DNA from: a virus
Virus record (IMG/VR): IMGVR_UViG_3300000976_000022
Coordinates: 1 to 44,291 of that record
DNA: 44,291 nt
Direction: 5' to 3' (one strand)
The notes beneath the pieces were generated by a model. It worked only from the letters and a program-made list of their open reading frames with translations. It had not been told where the DNA came from and searched no databases. Positions within the stretch are counted from its first letter, which is position 1, and each line of letters begins with the position of its first letter. The position numbers were made by a program, and so were the translations under genes. Below, piece after piece: positions 22,494 through 32,536 of this stretch.

Positions 22494-23816
22494 TTAAAAA
22501 GCCTCTACTATAACACTATTTTCATAACCAGAAGGCCCAAAATTATTATAAACAACTTTATTTGCACCTATAGGTAATGAAGATACTAAACTAATAGCTG
22601 TAATCAAATTACCATTATTATCTAATGTTTTACCATTACTATCAGTTGTACCAGTTCTACTATAATAAGATTGTGATGAAGAAGGTCTAAAAGTTTCACT
22701 TATAAGATCATTTTTTATTTTTCTTAGCCCTTTAATATAAGCTATCGGATCGTCACCACCAACTACCCCTAATTCTAATTTTACCCTATCAGAAATAAAT
22801 GTATCATTATCATTATCCCATCTAACATTTAAATTAACACCAGATGCATTTAAAGGCATATTAAAATATTTAGCTCTTATAGCATCTACAACATTTGTAT
22901 TTATCCATTGAATAGGGCTTAAATAATTACCGTTTATATCTATATAATGACCAAAAGCAGCAAATGAACCTGTACCAGACATTGTATAACTTTTACCCGC
23001 TTCTAAATATAGTGTAGGAACACCTGCGTATATAGATGTACCTCTATCATTTGTTTCTGTAGCCGTATGTTTAATATTACCAGTAACAGAATTTATATCT
23101 AATAAATTATCAGAATTAGATATATGATAAAAAATATCCTCATTATTAATTTGTATAAATTTTTCTATAACAGATATTAAAGCATTTTCATTTATAACAG
23201 CATTTGCGCTGTATTCAACATAAGGTTTTGTTCCTATTCCTTCAGATAGCATAATGTTACCATTAATAGTTCTATTAATATTATCTGTTTTACTATTCAA
23301 ATAAACTTTAATTTCATCACCCACATTTGGTGTTTTAAAATATCTTGAATTTGGAAATTCTGTAGGAGTAAAATTTAACCAATTTATAATAGTTTTAAGA
23401 CCATTTTCATCTTCCATATATCCATTATTAGAAGTTATTATTACACCCAGCCCTGAAAAAGTATAATAAGTATCAGGTTTAAGATATACTACATTTAATC
23501 CCGATACAGTATTTGCAGTAACAGGTATAGTATCATTTAAAAAATGAACCAAATCAAAACTAGCTGTATTTTGATCTATAAGATTATCATTATTTGTTTG
23601 ATATCTTATAATACTATCAAGTTTAGCATTAATAATAGCAGCAGCTTCAATACCTATATTTTTATTTGCTAGGTCATCTATAATTTTTGTTAATGTTGCT
23701 TTATCCCCACCCAATCTAGTAGTTAGAGAATTACCATTAGAATTTATAAATTTAGATAAACTTTCTAAATCTAAATTAGCATCTGCCAAATCTTGTATTG
23801 TAATAGGGTCAGTCAT
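22494..23816 (-). CDS. Tail fibre / receptor-binding protein candidate with an internal domain duplication (440 aa)
   Basis: It lies after the J-like protein. Two paralogous ~125-aa segments are visible: NDNLID...VVYLKPDTYYTFSGLG...INWLN...RYFKTP and SDNLLD...TLYLEAGKSYTMSGTG...IQWIN...KYFNMP. Confidence 0.5.
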   Translation of the reverse strand: MTDPITIQDLADANLDLESLSKFINSNGNSLTTRLGGDKATLTKIIDDLANKNIGIEAAAIINAKLDSIIRYQTNNDNLIDQNTASFDLVHFLNDTIPVTANTVSGLNVVYLKPDTYYTFSGLGVIITSNNGYMEDENGLKTIINWLNFTPTEFPNSRYFKTPNVGDEIKVYLNSKTDNINRTINGNIMLSEGIGTKPYVEYSANAVINENALISVIEKFIQINNEDIFYHISNSDNLLDINSVTGNIKHTATETNDRGTSIYAGVPTLYLEAGKSYTMSGTGSFAAFGHYIDINGNYLSPIQWINTNVVDAIRAKYFNMPLNASGVNLNVRWDNDNDTFISDRVKLELGVVGGDDPIAYIKGLRKIKNDLISETFRPSSSQSYYSRTGTTDSNGKTLDNNGNLITAISLVSSLPIGANKVVYNNFGPSGYENSVIVEAF

Positions 23817-23836
23817 TTAAAATTTCTTTCTATTTA

Positions 23837-23863
23837 TTATTTGATTTAAAATAAATCAAATAA
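23837..23863. repeat. Perfect 12-bp inverted repeat with a 3-nt spacer (TTATTTGATTTA aaa TAAATCAAATAA)
   Basis: Read directly in the 81-bp intergenic region between the J-like gene and the tail-fibre gene. Confidence 0.9.
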
Positions 23864-23897
23864 ATATATTTATCAAGGGTTTAACATAAAAAAATTA

Positions 23898-26800
23898 TTA
23901 AAAACTGGGATCGAATATCGGAGGTATGGGTTCTGTGGGTATATCAGATGTTGTAGGCGGTATAGGTTGATTTGGGTTACTTGTGGGTGTAGGTTCTGTA
24001 GAAGGCGTCATAACGTCTAATTCTGGTGCGTTATCGCTAACTAAGTCATTTGCGTAATATCTATTGTCATAATTAATAGCTGAAATTGTACTTGATAATG
24101 TTGACGATATTCTGTTTTCAACAACAATAAATTTATCACTATTCATTGTATCTTCTTTAGATATAATAAATGAAGATTTTGAATAATTTGTATCAGATGT
24201 TGATACAACATAAGTTAAAGGTGTATTTAATAATACGTAATTATCACCTAAATCAGATTGTGTAATTTGAACAATTTCAGTTGTTTTATTTATGTGTTGT
24301 ACAGCAATATAATATGTTTCATTATCTTGAAATTGTATAGATTGTGATAACTTTAAAGTTAGACCCTGTTGTTCTAATATTTCACCATCAAAAGTTATAG
24401 GTGTTGTATTATCTGAAACAATAATATTATCATTTCTTTTAACAATATTTCCTTCAGCGGTTGATGTAAATTCAGTTGATATATTAGAATATAATAATTT
24501 ATTCCAAATACGCCAAGCTATAACATAAGCTTGTCTTTCATTTCTAACTCCTATTGTTTTTATTTTTTTAGGATTACTTATATTATTATCTGGTACCTTT
24601 AATATCATTTCAGTATCATCTTTAGGAGATACAAAAGTTAATTCAACACCATCATAATTATTTTCTATACCAAATTTATAAGTACGTGTTTCACTTTTAG
24701 GTATTTTATTTCTATGACTAAAAACCATAGATGAGTTATTTTCTTGTTTTTCGAATAGCACTCTTATTTTATTCCACTGTCTAAAGGCAACGCAATTTAC
24801 AGCAGAACAAATAGTATTAACTGTTTCTTCAAATGAAACATTTTCATTATCAAAAGTATATGAGAATTCTACAAAATCAGAACCATCATAACTATTATCG
24901 TGTGTAAAATAACTTAATATTTCATCTCTTGTTTGATAAATATTTTGTACATCAATTTGATCTAAAGAACGCCTACCTATAAAATTATCTAAAGCAACAA
25001 ATGATAATATATCAGCAAAATCTTTTGTAGGTTGTAAATCATTTAAATCAAATGTATTATCGGATAATCTAACTGGAAGTTTTCTAGTTACTATTGCTGA
25101 TAATTTTCTATCTTTAATAGATAAAGCAGCCGGAGTATTTATAGTTTTGCTTCTTACTGTAGTAACATTACCAAAATGGGGCTGTGTCATTCTTTTTCGT
25201 GAATAAGATGATAACCACTTAACTTCATCAACAACAGTACCTTCAAATTCAAGATCAGCAGGAGTTATTCTTTGCGCCCTAATGCTACAACGACCTACAA
25301 AATTAATATTTGACGTTTTACCTATCCTATCTCTTTCTTCAGACGATCCATATAAAGTAATAGTTGATAAAATAACTGATCCATTAGCATTATCATTATT
25401 ATCTAAAGGTGTTATTTCTATCTGTATGCCCACACTAGCAGATATTTGTTTTTCACCATCATCTTTCCATAAACCTTGAAGTGCCACAAAATTATTAACT
25501 ATGTTATCACCCTCTTCTATAATAAATGGCCCCACCCATCCACCACCGTCAACAGATAAAGTAGGACTTATAAAATCACTTTGATTAGAAGGAAAATTTT
25601 GTAATATTTCCCATTCATTATTTATATTAGAGGGGTTAGATAAAGTTATTATAGAATTTGTTATATTCGTAATAGTGTATGATCCATTTAAATTAACGGA
25701 TATATCAGGTTGAATAACATCAATAGTTAAATCTTTAAAAGGTGTTTCAGAAGTATCGGGAAATGTTGAATTTATATTATTCCATTCAGAGTTTATAGAA
25801 AATGGATTAATTAAAGTTATAACTAAACCGTTTTCTGACACATTTGATATTTGATAAGTACCGTTAAGATTTAATACATTTGTATTAGCTGTTACGGTTG
25901 CCCTATCTGTTGAAGATGATGCTGATACTAAAATATCACCTGTTATAGAACCCCCTATAATAGCGCCTGTTTCTGTATCAATTTCAGGATTAAAGCCTAT
26001 AGTATTGTTTACAACAGGCACTACGGTTATTTGCACATCCGTAGTAGTAGATGTTGTTGTAAATATAGCTCTTGATAATTTTATAAAATCACCAGATTTT
26101 AAACCAGATATGGATGAAGTCATAATTATTGAATTTGATGAAAATTTACCTGATATTTGATAACTGTCCGATATTCCCTTTTTAGTAAAAGAAGCTCTTG
26201 TAACTTTTAATATTTGACCAATTTCAAAAGCTTGTGAAAAACTACTAAAAAAACCTGAAGAGGTATCACCAAAAAAACCATCTAAATTAGATGTTGTTTG
26301 ATTTGTTATTATTTCATTTGGATATTTAAATTTAATATTATTAAAGCCATTAATAACTTCACCTGCATTAGAAGGGTTTAATGTTTGGCCGTTAACACCA
26401 TTAAGTTTCTTATTTCTATAAATACCTTTATCTATCGGCAAACCTATTGATAATTGAGGGGTGAATGCAGAAAATTGTGCAGATGTATTAGGGGCATATA
26501 TTTCTACACTCGATCCGGGTATTGATTGAATTAATGTTTCACCATCACGAATTTTTTCAACAAGATATTCACCTCTACCGATACACATATCAGCTATTTC
26601 AACTTCATTTTCACCCTCAAACATAGTTATGGGGGGGCCAATAAGATCAGGATAATCTTTAACTTGCCCGAATATATCTTTAATTCTAGCATTAATTCTA
26701 GGTTGATTTGTTCTATTTGCTAAAGAGTTATTACTACTTGCAGCTTGATTATTTCTTAAATTTGGTACTTTTGGTAATAATAATAATGTAGATGCAACAG

Positions 26801-27107
26801 CAGCAATACCGACAACAACAGAAACAATTAATGATATTGGATCAGCAGGAAATATAATAAGAAAAATAACACTTTTGCTATTATTCATATAATCTATTTC
26901 TTCTTGACATTTTGGGGTTATGTCGCATTTATTATTTATGTAACCTTCATAAAATCTAGCAGTATGGGGTAAACCTCCTATAGCCGCACCATCACCATCT
27001 ATAGTAATTGGATATTTTTTTTCTACATATGAATGTATATTTTCAACCTCTAAAGTTTCCCATTTAGAAGCATCAAAAACATTATCACCTATTATTAAAG
27101 TTTGCAT
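23898..27107 (-). CDS. Central tail fibre / host-specificity protein (lambda J-like, with a gpI-like hydrophobic N-terminal segment), 1069 aa
   Basis: Size and position after the K-like peptidase fit. The N-terminal hydrophobic stretch is VIFLIIFPADPISLIVSVVVGIAAVASTLLLL. The C-terminus is P/T-rich. Confidence 0.65.
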   Translation of the reverse strand: MQTLIIGDNVFDASKWETLEVENIHSYVEKKYPITIDGDGAAIGGLPHTARFYEGYINNKCDITPKCQEEIDYMNNSKSVIFLIIFPADPISLIVSVVVGIAAVASTLLLLPKVPNLRNNQAASSNNSLANRTNQPRINARIKDIFGQVKDYPDLIGPPITMFEGENEVEIADMCIGRGEYLVEKIRDGETLIQSIPGSSVEIYAPNTSAQFSAFTPQLSIGLPIDKGIYRNKKLNGVNGQTLNPSNAGEVINGFNNIKFKYPNEIITNQTTSNLDGFFGDTSSGFFSSFSQAFEIGQILKVTRASFTKKGISDSYQISGKFSSNSIIMTSSISGLKSGDFIKLSRAIFTTTSTTTDVQITVVPVVNNTIGFNPEIDTETGAIIGGSITGDILVSASSSTDRATVTANTNVLNLNGTYQISNVSENGLVITLINPFSINSEWNNINSTFPDTSETPFKDLTIDVIQPDISVNLNGSYTITNITNSIITLSNPSNINNEWEILQNFPSNQSDFISPTLSVDGGGWVGPFIIEEGDNIVNNFVALQGLWKDDGEKQISASVGIQIEITPLDNNDNANGSVILSTITLYGSSEERDRIGKTSNINFVGRCSIRAQRITPADLEFEGTVVDEVKWLSSYSRKRMTQPHFGNVTTVRSKTINTPAALSIKDRKLSAIVTRKLPVRLSDNTFDLNDLQPTKDFADILSFVALDNFIGRRSLDQIDVQNIYQTRDEILSYFTHDNSYDGSDFVEFSYTFDNENVSFEETVNTICSAVNCVAFRQWNKIRVLFEKQENNSSMVFSHRNKIPKSETRTYKFGIENNYDGVELTFVSPKDDTEMILKVPDNNISNPKKIKTIGVRNERQAYVIAWRIWNKLLYSNISTEFTSTAEGNIVKRNDNIIVSDNTTPITFDGEILEQQGLTLKLSQSIQFQDNETYYIAVQHINKTTEIVQITQSDLGDNYVLLNTPLTYVVSTSDTNYSKSSFIISKEDTMNSDKFIVVENRISSTLSSTISAINYDNRYYANDLVSDNAPELDVMTPSTEPTPTSNPNQPIPPTTSDIPTEPIPPIFDPSF

Positions 27108-27472
27108 TTATAATACTCTAAAGTTTTAAAACCACGACTTGCATTTAATATATTTTCATAAGTGGGACCGCTTGTTTTCATAGATAATATTTTATTATCA
27201 TATAAAAAACCAACATGGGGTATTAATATTTTATGTTGCATTAATACAATAAGGCCATTTTCCTTATTACTTTTATGCACCTTTTGAAAAGTGTTAATTC
27301 TTTCTTCTGTAAATTGATCTTTTACATTCTGATTATCAATTAAAAATTTAGGTGTATAATCTGGTAAATTAATACCATGAAAATCTTTTACGCAATCTAT
27401 TAATAAGTGCCAACAATTATAATCATAAGGATGAAACTTTTTAAATAGGTATTTATCAACATCAAAGGTCAT
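27095..27472 (-). CDS. NlpC/P60-like tail tip protein (lambda gpK-like), 125 aa
   Basis: The catalytic Cys context is YDYNCWHLL and the His context is LIPHVGFLY. It sits between the L-like and J-like genes. Confidence 0.55.
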   Translation of the reverse strand: MTFDVDKYLFKKFHPYDYNCWHLLIDCVKDFHGINLPDYTPKFLIDNQNVKDQFTEERINTFQKVHKSNKENGLIVLMQHKILIPHVGFLYDNKILSMKTSGPTYENILNASRGFKTLEYYKCKL

Positions 27473-27987
27473 TATGTATAACCCCTTAAACCTTCAAAAC
27501 GTATAAGATCGAATATTTCACCAGTTGTTGTATTATTTATTGTTTCCGCTTCAGCTAACATACTTGTACCATCTTCACGTGATACAAATTGATTAGATAA
27601 TAAATTTACTGGCCCTTTTAAAATATTTACTAAATCATTACTTGCATAGGTTCTATAAATTATTGTGGGCTTAATTAAAAATCCATCATTTTCACGAACA
27701 CGTTTTAATTCCATAGGAAAAATTTCACCTAAAGTACCTAATGAAATATTTATACTTTGATCCAAATCGTCTTTAAAACCTAATATATCAAATATAATAG
27801 GACGGTATTCAAAATTTACAATTTTATTAGTTTCAATTGTAGCATTGATACCTTGCATATGATTTCTAACAAATCTATATACTTTACTAAAATTAGGATG
27901 ACTAATTTCAACAGTTTCAAGCTCTGCAATATTTCTATTACCGTTTAAATAAAATTGTATAGGTGTAATCATTTTATTAAAAATCAC
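27472..27987 (-). CDS. Minor tail protein (lambda gpL / DUF1833-like position), 171 aa
   Basis: Gene order is M-L-K-J downstream of the tape measure. The ...ISHPNF...YRFV... pattern is typical of this family. Confidence 0.45.
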   Translation of the reverse strand: MIFNKMITPIQFYLNGNRNIAELETVEISHPNFSKVYRFVRNHMQGINATIETNKIVNFEYRPIIFDILGFKDDLDQSINISLGTLGEIFPMELKRVRENDGFLIKPTIIYRTYASNDLVNILKGPVNLLSNQFVSREDGTSMLAEAETINNTTTGEIFDLIRFEGLRGYT

Positions 27988-28435
27988 CCATTAAATCAAA
28001 ATTAACAAATTTTTCAATAATATTAAATATTTTATTTTCATTATTATAATAATAAACAAAAGGTGACAATATTTTATAATTATCATCAATAACCCTAGGA
28101 TTTACTTCTATTTGAAAATCAATATAAGCAGTTAAACCTTCAAAATTGGCACTTAGTTCTGATACTATTTGAATTTGTTGACGTTCTACAATCCAACCAT
28201 CAACCATCATGTCATTAGTAAACGCATCGGAACCTTGATTAATTAAAACATTATAAAATGCCATAAACTCATTATATTGTTGCGGATTTAATTGCAAACT
28301 TGCTGTTGTTAATATAGGACTGCCCACAATATCCTTACGCACTTTAGATGATCCACCCCGGACTTTTTGAATGATTAAACCGTTTTGAAAAGTTAAAGCA
28401 TTACCTTCTATAATAGTAAATTTAAGATGTTCCAT
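27977..28435 (-). CDS. Minor/distal tail protein (gpM position), 152 aa
   Basis: It lies immediately downstream of the tape measure with shared stop/start nucleotides. The call is positional only. Confidence 0.35.
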   Translation of the reverse strand: MEHLKFTIIEGNALTFQNGLIIQKVRGGSSKVRKDIVGSPILTTASLQLNPQQYNEFMAFYNVLINQGSDAFTNDMMVDGWIVERQQIQIVSELSANFEGLTAYIDFQIEVNPRVIDDNYKILSPFVYYYNNENKIFNIIEKFVNFDLMGDF

Positions 28436-31293
28436 TATCCTAACCTTCTACCTGCGTTAGTATGGGCGCTTATACTTTTTGATATATCAGAATTAGGATT
28501 AGCAAGATCGTTTTTAAATTGTTTAGGTACTTGATCCTTAACAGCGTTACTAGCTGCTTCTTCAGCAATCAATCTAATAGTATTTTCATCTGTATATTCC
28601 ATACGCATAGGTACACCAGTTGCATTAACAAGTTTAAACTTATTTGTTATTTCTTGTTTAACTTGCGGTGCTTGTACATTTGGCGTATCAGATGGTAAAC
28701 GCCCCGTTCTATGAAGATTGTCTAAAGCAGGTCTATTAGCTGCTGTTGTTGCGGCATCAACAACAAATTCATTTTTATGAACAACCCCGGCTACTGCTGA
28801 ATTTTGACCATTTCCAGTAAAACCGCCCGTTCTAAATCCTGCACCACTAACTGCATTTAAATTTGATATTATACTAGCACCTTGTGCAGCAACAACACCA
28901 ACAGCAGCAATTTTTTGTGGTAATGTCAAGGCGCTAGGATCAGCTAACGCTTGTGATATTGCTTGTTGTATTTTGATAATACTATCAGCAATAGCAAATG
29001 CTTTAGAAGCAGCAAACATAACTCTATAAGCTGTACTTTGTTTACCTGCTATATCAGCAGTTATAGAAGCTAAACTATCACCTATGCCTATAGCACCAGC
29101 TAAAATAGCATTCTTTCTAGCGTTTTCTATAGCTATTATTTCTTGACTTGTTTGACGTTTTAAAGCTTTTTCACGTTCATCATATTGTTGTTCTGTTAAA
29201 AGCTTTTGTTCTCTATATTGCTGAAGTAATATAATTTTATTTTCTTGATCCAATTTTAATTGGTCAATTTCAGCATTATCTTTAAACGTACCGCCTAATG
29301 ATTTATCAAAATCACGAATACCTTGTGTACGATTATCATTAGCTGCATTTTTATCTAAACTCGCTTTAGTGTTTAATTCTTGAAGAAGTTTTACTTTTTC
29401 ATCAATATTTATTAAACCCGCTCTAAAAGCATCTTCTACAATATTACCAGCTATCAAAGTTGTTTGATCTATTTCAGAAATAACTTGATTATAAGCTGTA
29501 GCAGTATTTGTTAATGACGCTTTAATATCATTCAAATCTTGGACAAGGCCCGATTTTCCTATTGCTTCATTAAATTGATTTTGGCTTATATAACCTTTAT
29601 CCAAAGCTTCAGTTAAATTAAGTATAGATTGTGCATAATTAACAACAGGCCCGTTTATATCATCAATAACACCTTGAACTTGTTTAGCGCGTTCAAGATT
29701 AGCAACAGCGCTACCATAAGCATTAGCTAAACCATTAATTACAGCCGTTACACCGGGCGTAATTTTTATCTTCTTCTTTTTAGCTTCTACTATTAATTCA
29801 GTACGTTTTTGTGCTATAGCTAAAGCTTTACCATAATCATTATAAGTACCCGTTAAAGCTCTTATGTTAGCAGCTTGTTTATTTAATAATTCAGTTTGTG
29901 AAGTATCGTTTTTATCTAAACCAGTTAAAGCTTTAGATATGCGCTTTCTTGAATTTTCAACAGCTTTAATTGTAACACTATCAAAAAAAGCACCTGCAAA
30001 ATTTTTATTTTTAGCTTCATCAAAAATTGCTTTTAAATCAGCTTGTAAATTCTTTTCTGCATCTGTTAAATCAAAAGGCTTAGGTATTTCTATTTGAAAT
30101 GTATCAAATTCAAAATCCTTACCAGCTATTTTAGCTAACTTTTCAACTAATTCAACAGGTGCTTGTAGAATACGTAAAGCTAGATTTACAGTCTTTTCTA
30201 TAGAAGCAACAGTGAAGTTAGCCGTTAACTTAAGAACACTAGCTGTATCAGTTTGTAATAAACCCCATGCAGCTTTAATTACATTAATACCACCTACAAA
30301 ATTACCAACAAAGAAATTAACAACTTTACCTGTATTATCAATTATAAAATCATAACCTTGTTTAAAATAAGGTGCTATAGATTGTACTGTAGGCAAAAAG
30401 AAATTAGCTATCGCTTCACCGCCTACTTGCATAGTAGCTAATAATGTATCTGAAAAGTTAACACTTTCGCCTGTAGCTTTACTAATTTCACTACCGAATA
30501 CTTGAAAACCACCTGCAATAACACCAGCTATAGCTACTATCGGTAAGAAGGGTTTCACCATTTGAATAGCAGCGTTTCCTACCCCCTTCAGGATCGCTAT
30601 AACGCCTGTACCCGGCCCGAAAGCGCCTTGTATTTGCGCCCCTTGTTGAAGAAGCACTGTAAGCGGTTTTTGCCCGCCCTGAAGCCCTACAACAATATCT
30701 TGTACCTGAAATATCAAATTAGATGTTTGCGCTTGTGCTTGCCGGGCTGCTGCTGTAGCGGCCTTATATTTACGTGAACCTTCACCTGCTGTAGCCGCAA
30801 CACGTCTATTAGAAGCAGCTAAACTTTCATTAGAAGCTTCTAATTGGTTATTTTGTGATATGACAACAGCACTTGTTCTATTAACGCTTTTACGTGCTTT
30901 TTCTAAAGCTACTTCAGAACGGGTAACATCAACAGTTGCTTTTTGTGTACGTTTTTTAGCTAGTGATAAACGTTCTTCTGCAATATCTGCATTTGCTGTA
31001 GCTTTACGTAAACTTTGCCTAGCTGTAGCAATACGTATTTCTTGAAGCTCTAATTGATTAGCTGTTTTAATAGCTTTAATTTGTGTATTATCAAACTTTT
31101 TTAAACTACCATCATGTTTTTTTATAGACGCTGCTAATCTATTTTGTGCGTTTTCTGAATTTTTAAATGCATTATCTAAACGCTTTTGTGCGTTTTCCAA
31201 TGTACCAGATTTTTTAATAAGTTGATCTAACGCCTTATCAATATTTTGATCTATACGATCTACTATAACAATGTCAAAACGCTTTTCAGTCAT
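28435..31293 (-). CDS. Tail tape measure protein (952 aa)
   Basis: The largest alpha-helical ORF after the chaperone genes. It has a coiled-coil N-terminus, a central Gly/Ala-rich hydrophobic block and long heptad-like regions. Confidence 0.85.
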   Translation of the reverse strand: MTEKRFDIVIVDRIDQNIDKALDQLIKKSGTLENAQKRLDNAFKNSENAQNRLAASIKKHDGSLKKFDNTQIKAIKTANQLELQEIRIATARQSLRKATANADIAEERLSLAKKRTQKATVDVTRSEVALEKARKSVNRTSAVVISQNNQLEASNESLAASNRRVAATAGEGSRKYKAATAAARQAQAQTSNLIFQVQDIVVGLQGGQKPLTVLLQQGAQIQGAFGPGTGVIAILKGVGNAAIQMVKPFLPIVAIAGVIAGGFQVFGSEISKATGESVNFSDTLLATMQVGGEAIANFFLPTVQSIAPYFKQGYDFIIDNTGKVVNFFVGNFVGGINVIKAAWGLLQTDTASVLKLTANFTVASIEKTVNLALRILQAPVELVEKLAKIAGKDFEFDTFQIEIPKPFDLTDAEKNLQADLKAIFDEAKNKNFAGAFFDSVTIKAVENSRKRISKALTGLDKNDTSQTELLNKQAANIRALTGTYNDYGKALAIAQKRTELIVEAKKKKIKITPGVTAVINGLANAYGSAVANLERAKQVQGVIDDINGPVVNYAQSILNLTEALDKGYISQNQFNEAIGKSGLVQDLNDIKASLTNTATAYNQVISEIDQTTLIAGNIVEDAFRAGLINIDEKVKLLQELNTKASLDKNAANDNRTQGIRDFDKSLGGTFKDNAEIDQLKLDQENKIILLQQYREQKLLTEQQYDEREKALKRQTSQEIIAIENARKNAILAGAIGIGDSLASITADIAGKQSTAYRVMFAASKAFAIADSIIKIQQAISQALADPSALTLPQKIAAVGVVAAQGASIISNLNAVSGAGFRTGGFTGNGQNSAVAGVVHKNEFVVDAATTAANRPALDNLHRTGRLPSDTPNVQAPQVKQEITNKFKLVNATGVPMRMEYTDENTIRLIAEEAASNAVKDQVPKQFKNDLANPNSDISKSISAHTNAGRRLG

Positions 31294-31296
31294 TTA

Positions 31297-31743
31297 TTAA
31301 AAACTTATATCTGGTGCAAATTCAGCACTTAATTCAAAATTCTTACCGACTAAAACCATAGCTTCTATAAAGTTAGCTGCTGGTATAGTATCAGTACCGT
31401 CATTAACATATCCTATATACGGTGTTACATTTGATAGATATGTAATATCACCCTGCTTTTTTAATGTTAAAGCAAATTGTGCCCTGTTAATTGTTTCAAT
31501 AGCTGATCCATTTCTAGTAGTTCCACCTTTGCCCACAATATGCGCTGCTATATCTGAAGCATCACTTGGCGGTGTATTAAAATTAACTACAAAATTGGAT
31601 ATTAATTTAGATGTATCAGCAGGTGCATTATAAACACCATGTGTAACCATAGCCATTACAATGTCTTTAGAGGCTTCAACAGATATAAATTCAACTTGCC
31701 TTTTTATATCTCTAAAATGGTCTGCTAATTCACCCATTGACAC
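31297..31743 (-). CDS. HK97 gp10-like tail component (148 aa)
   Basis: NVTPYIGYVNDGT resembles the Y-x-x-x-V-E-x-G-T signature of the HK97 gp10 family. Confidence 0.4.
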   Translation of the reverse strand: MSMGELADHFRDIKRQVEFISVEASKDIVMAMVTHGVYNAPADTSKLISNFVVNFNTPPSDASDIAAHIVGKGGTTRNGSAIETINRAQFALTLKKQGDITYLSNVTPYIGYVNDGTDTIPAANFIEAMVLVGKNFELSAEFAPDISF

Positions 31744-32466
31744 TTTTTACATATAGATTATCTAACCTGTTTAATAAGTAAAATAACTCTAATCGTAATA
31801 CCCCTTTAAATTCATTTTCATTTGCATATGCTACTATTGAAGTATATGGTATATAACCAGTTATTTCACTTATTTGACGATCCTTAGTTAGTGTATTAAA
31901 TGCATCTAAAAAAGGTATTAAATCCTTACGTAATTTAGGTTCTATTAATTTGGTCTTGACCGATTTTCCTAGCATCTTAAATTGCCTAGCAATCGTAGGC
32001 GCATTAGGTGTTTCAACCCGGTATAATAAAACCCTTTCTAGTTTCCCAAAGCTTTATCCATTGCCTTTTTATCAAAACGGCTATTATCTAAAGCAGCGGC
32101 TAATACCTTATCATAAACCCTATATAAAGCCGGGTCTGACAACATTTCATAAACTGCTTCTTCAGTAAAAGGTATATTATTACCTTCATCATCTTTAACG
32201 TTTGACCATCCTTTAATCACATGCTTACATACAATTTTTAATTGTTCTTCTTTTTGGACTTCTAAAGGTGCATCACTAGGGTTTTCATATTTTTCTGCCA
32301 AATTCCTATTCATATTATCGCGGGCGCGTTGGTATTCAAGATTGCCATTATCCATTGAAGCAACAGTAAAGGTAATAGGTTCATCTTTTGATGTTTTACC
32401 TATAAATAATTCTTTACCGTTTTTAGTTGCTTCAAGATCAGCAGCGAATTGTTTTTTAAATGACAT
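31730..32466 (-). CDS. Tail assembly chaperone, long form (GT-like) produced by -1 frameshift at 32041-32047
   Basis: The -1 frame is open from the slippery site through track ORF 31730..31975: ...LERVLLYRVETPNAPTIARQFKMLGKSVKTK... Confidence 0.6.
31952..31961 (+). repeat. GGTCTTGACC motif, copy e (exact)
   Basis: Read directly as aatttGGTCTTGACCGAtttt. It lies antisense inside the frameshift extension of the chaperone gene. Confidence 0.9.
32038..32466 (-). CDS. Tail assembly chaperone, short form (G-like), 142 aa
   Basis: It lies between the tail tube and tape measure genes, is acidic, and ends at a slippery heptamer. Confidence 0.6.
   Translation of the reverse strand: MSFKKQFAADLEATKNGKELFIGKTSKDEPITFTVASMDNGNLEYQRARDNMNRNLAEKYENPSDAPLEVQKEEQLKIVCKHVIKGWSNVKDDEGNNIPFTEEAVYEMLSDPALYRVYDKVLAAALDNSRFDKKAMDKALGN
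32041..32047 (-). other. -1 programmed ribosomal frameshift slippery heptamer G_GGA_AAC
   Basis: The minus strand reads TTG GGA AAC TAG, an X_XXY_YYZ heptamer directly before the stop codon of the G-like ORF. Confidence 0.6.
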
Positions 32467-32494
32467 TTATCATATTCCTTTTTTAGCGTGTTAA

Positions 32495-32530
32495 TTAACC
32501 CTATTATATTATATTTTAAATTAGGGTTAA
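32495..32530 (-). other. 9-bp stem-loop (TTAACCCTA / TAGGGTTAA) after the tail tube gene
   Basis: Read directly in the intergenic region. There is no clear U-tract, so it is not called as a terminator. Confidence 0.5.
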
Positions 32531-32536
32531 GGGGTT

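Noticed and set aside
31730-32168. ORF 31730..31975 as an independent gene, and plus-strand ORF 31950..32168
   Set aside because: The first is in the -1 frame, continuous with the chaperone ORF from a GGGAAAC slippery site, so it is read as the frameshift extension. The second is antisense to it and starts at a non-ATG codon inside motif copy e.
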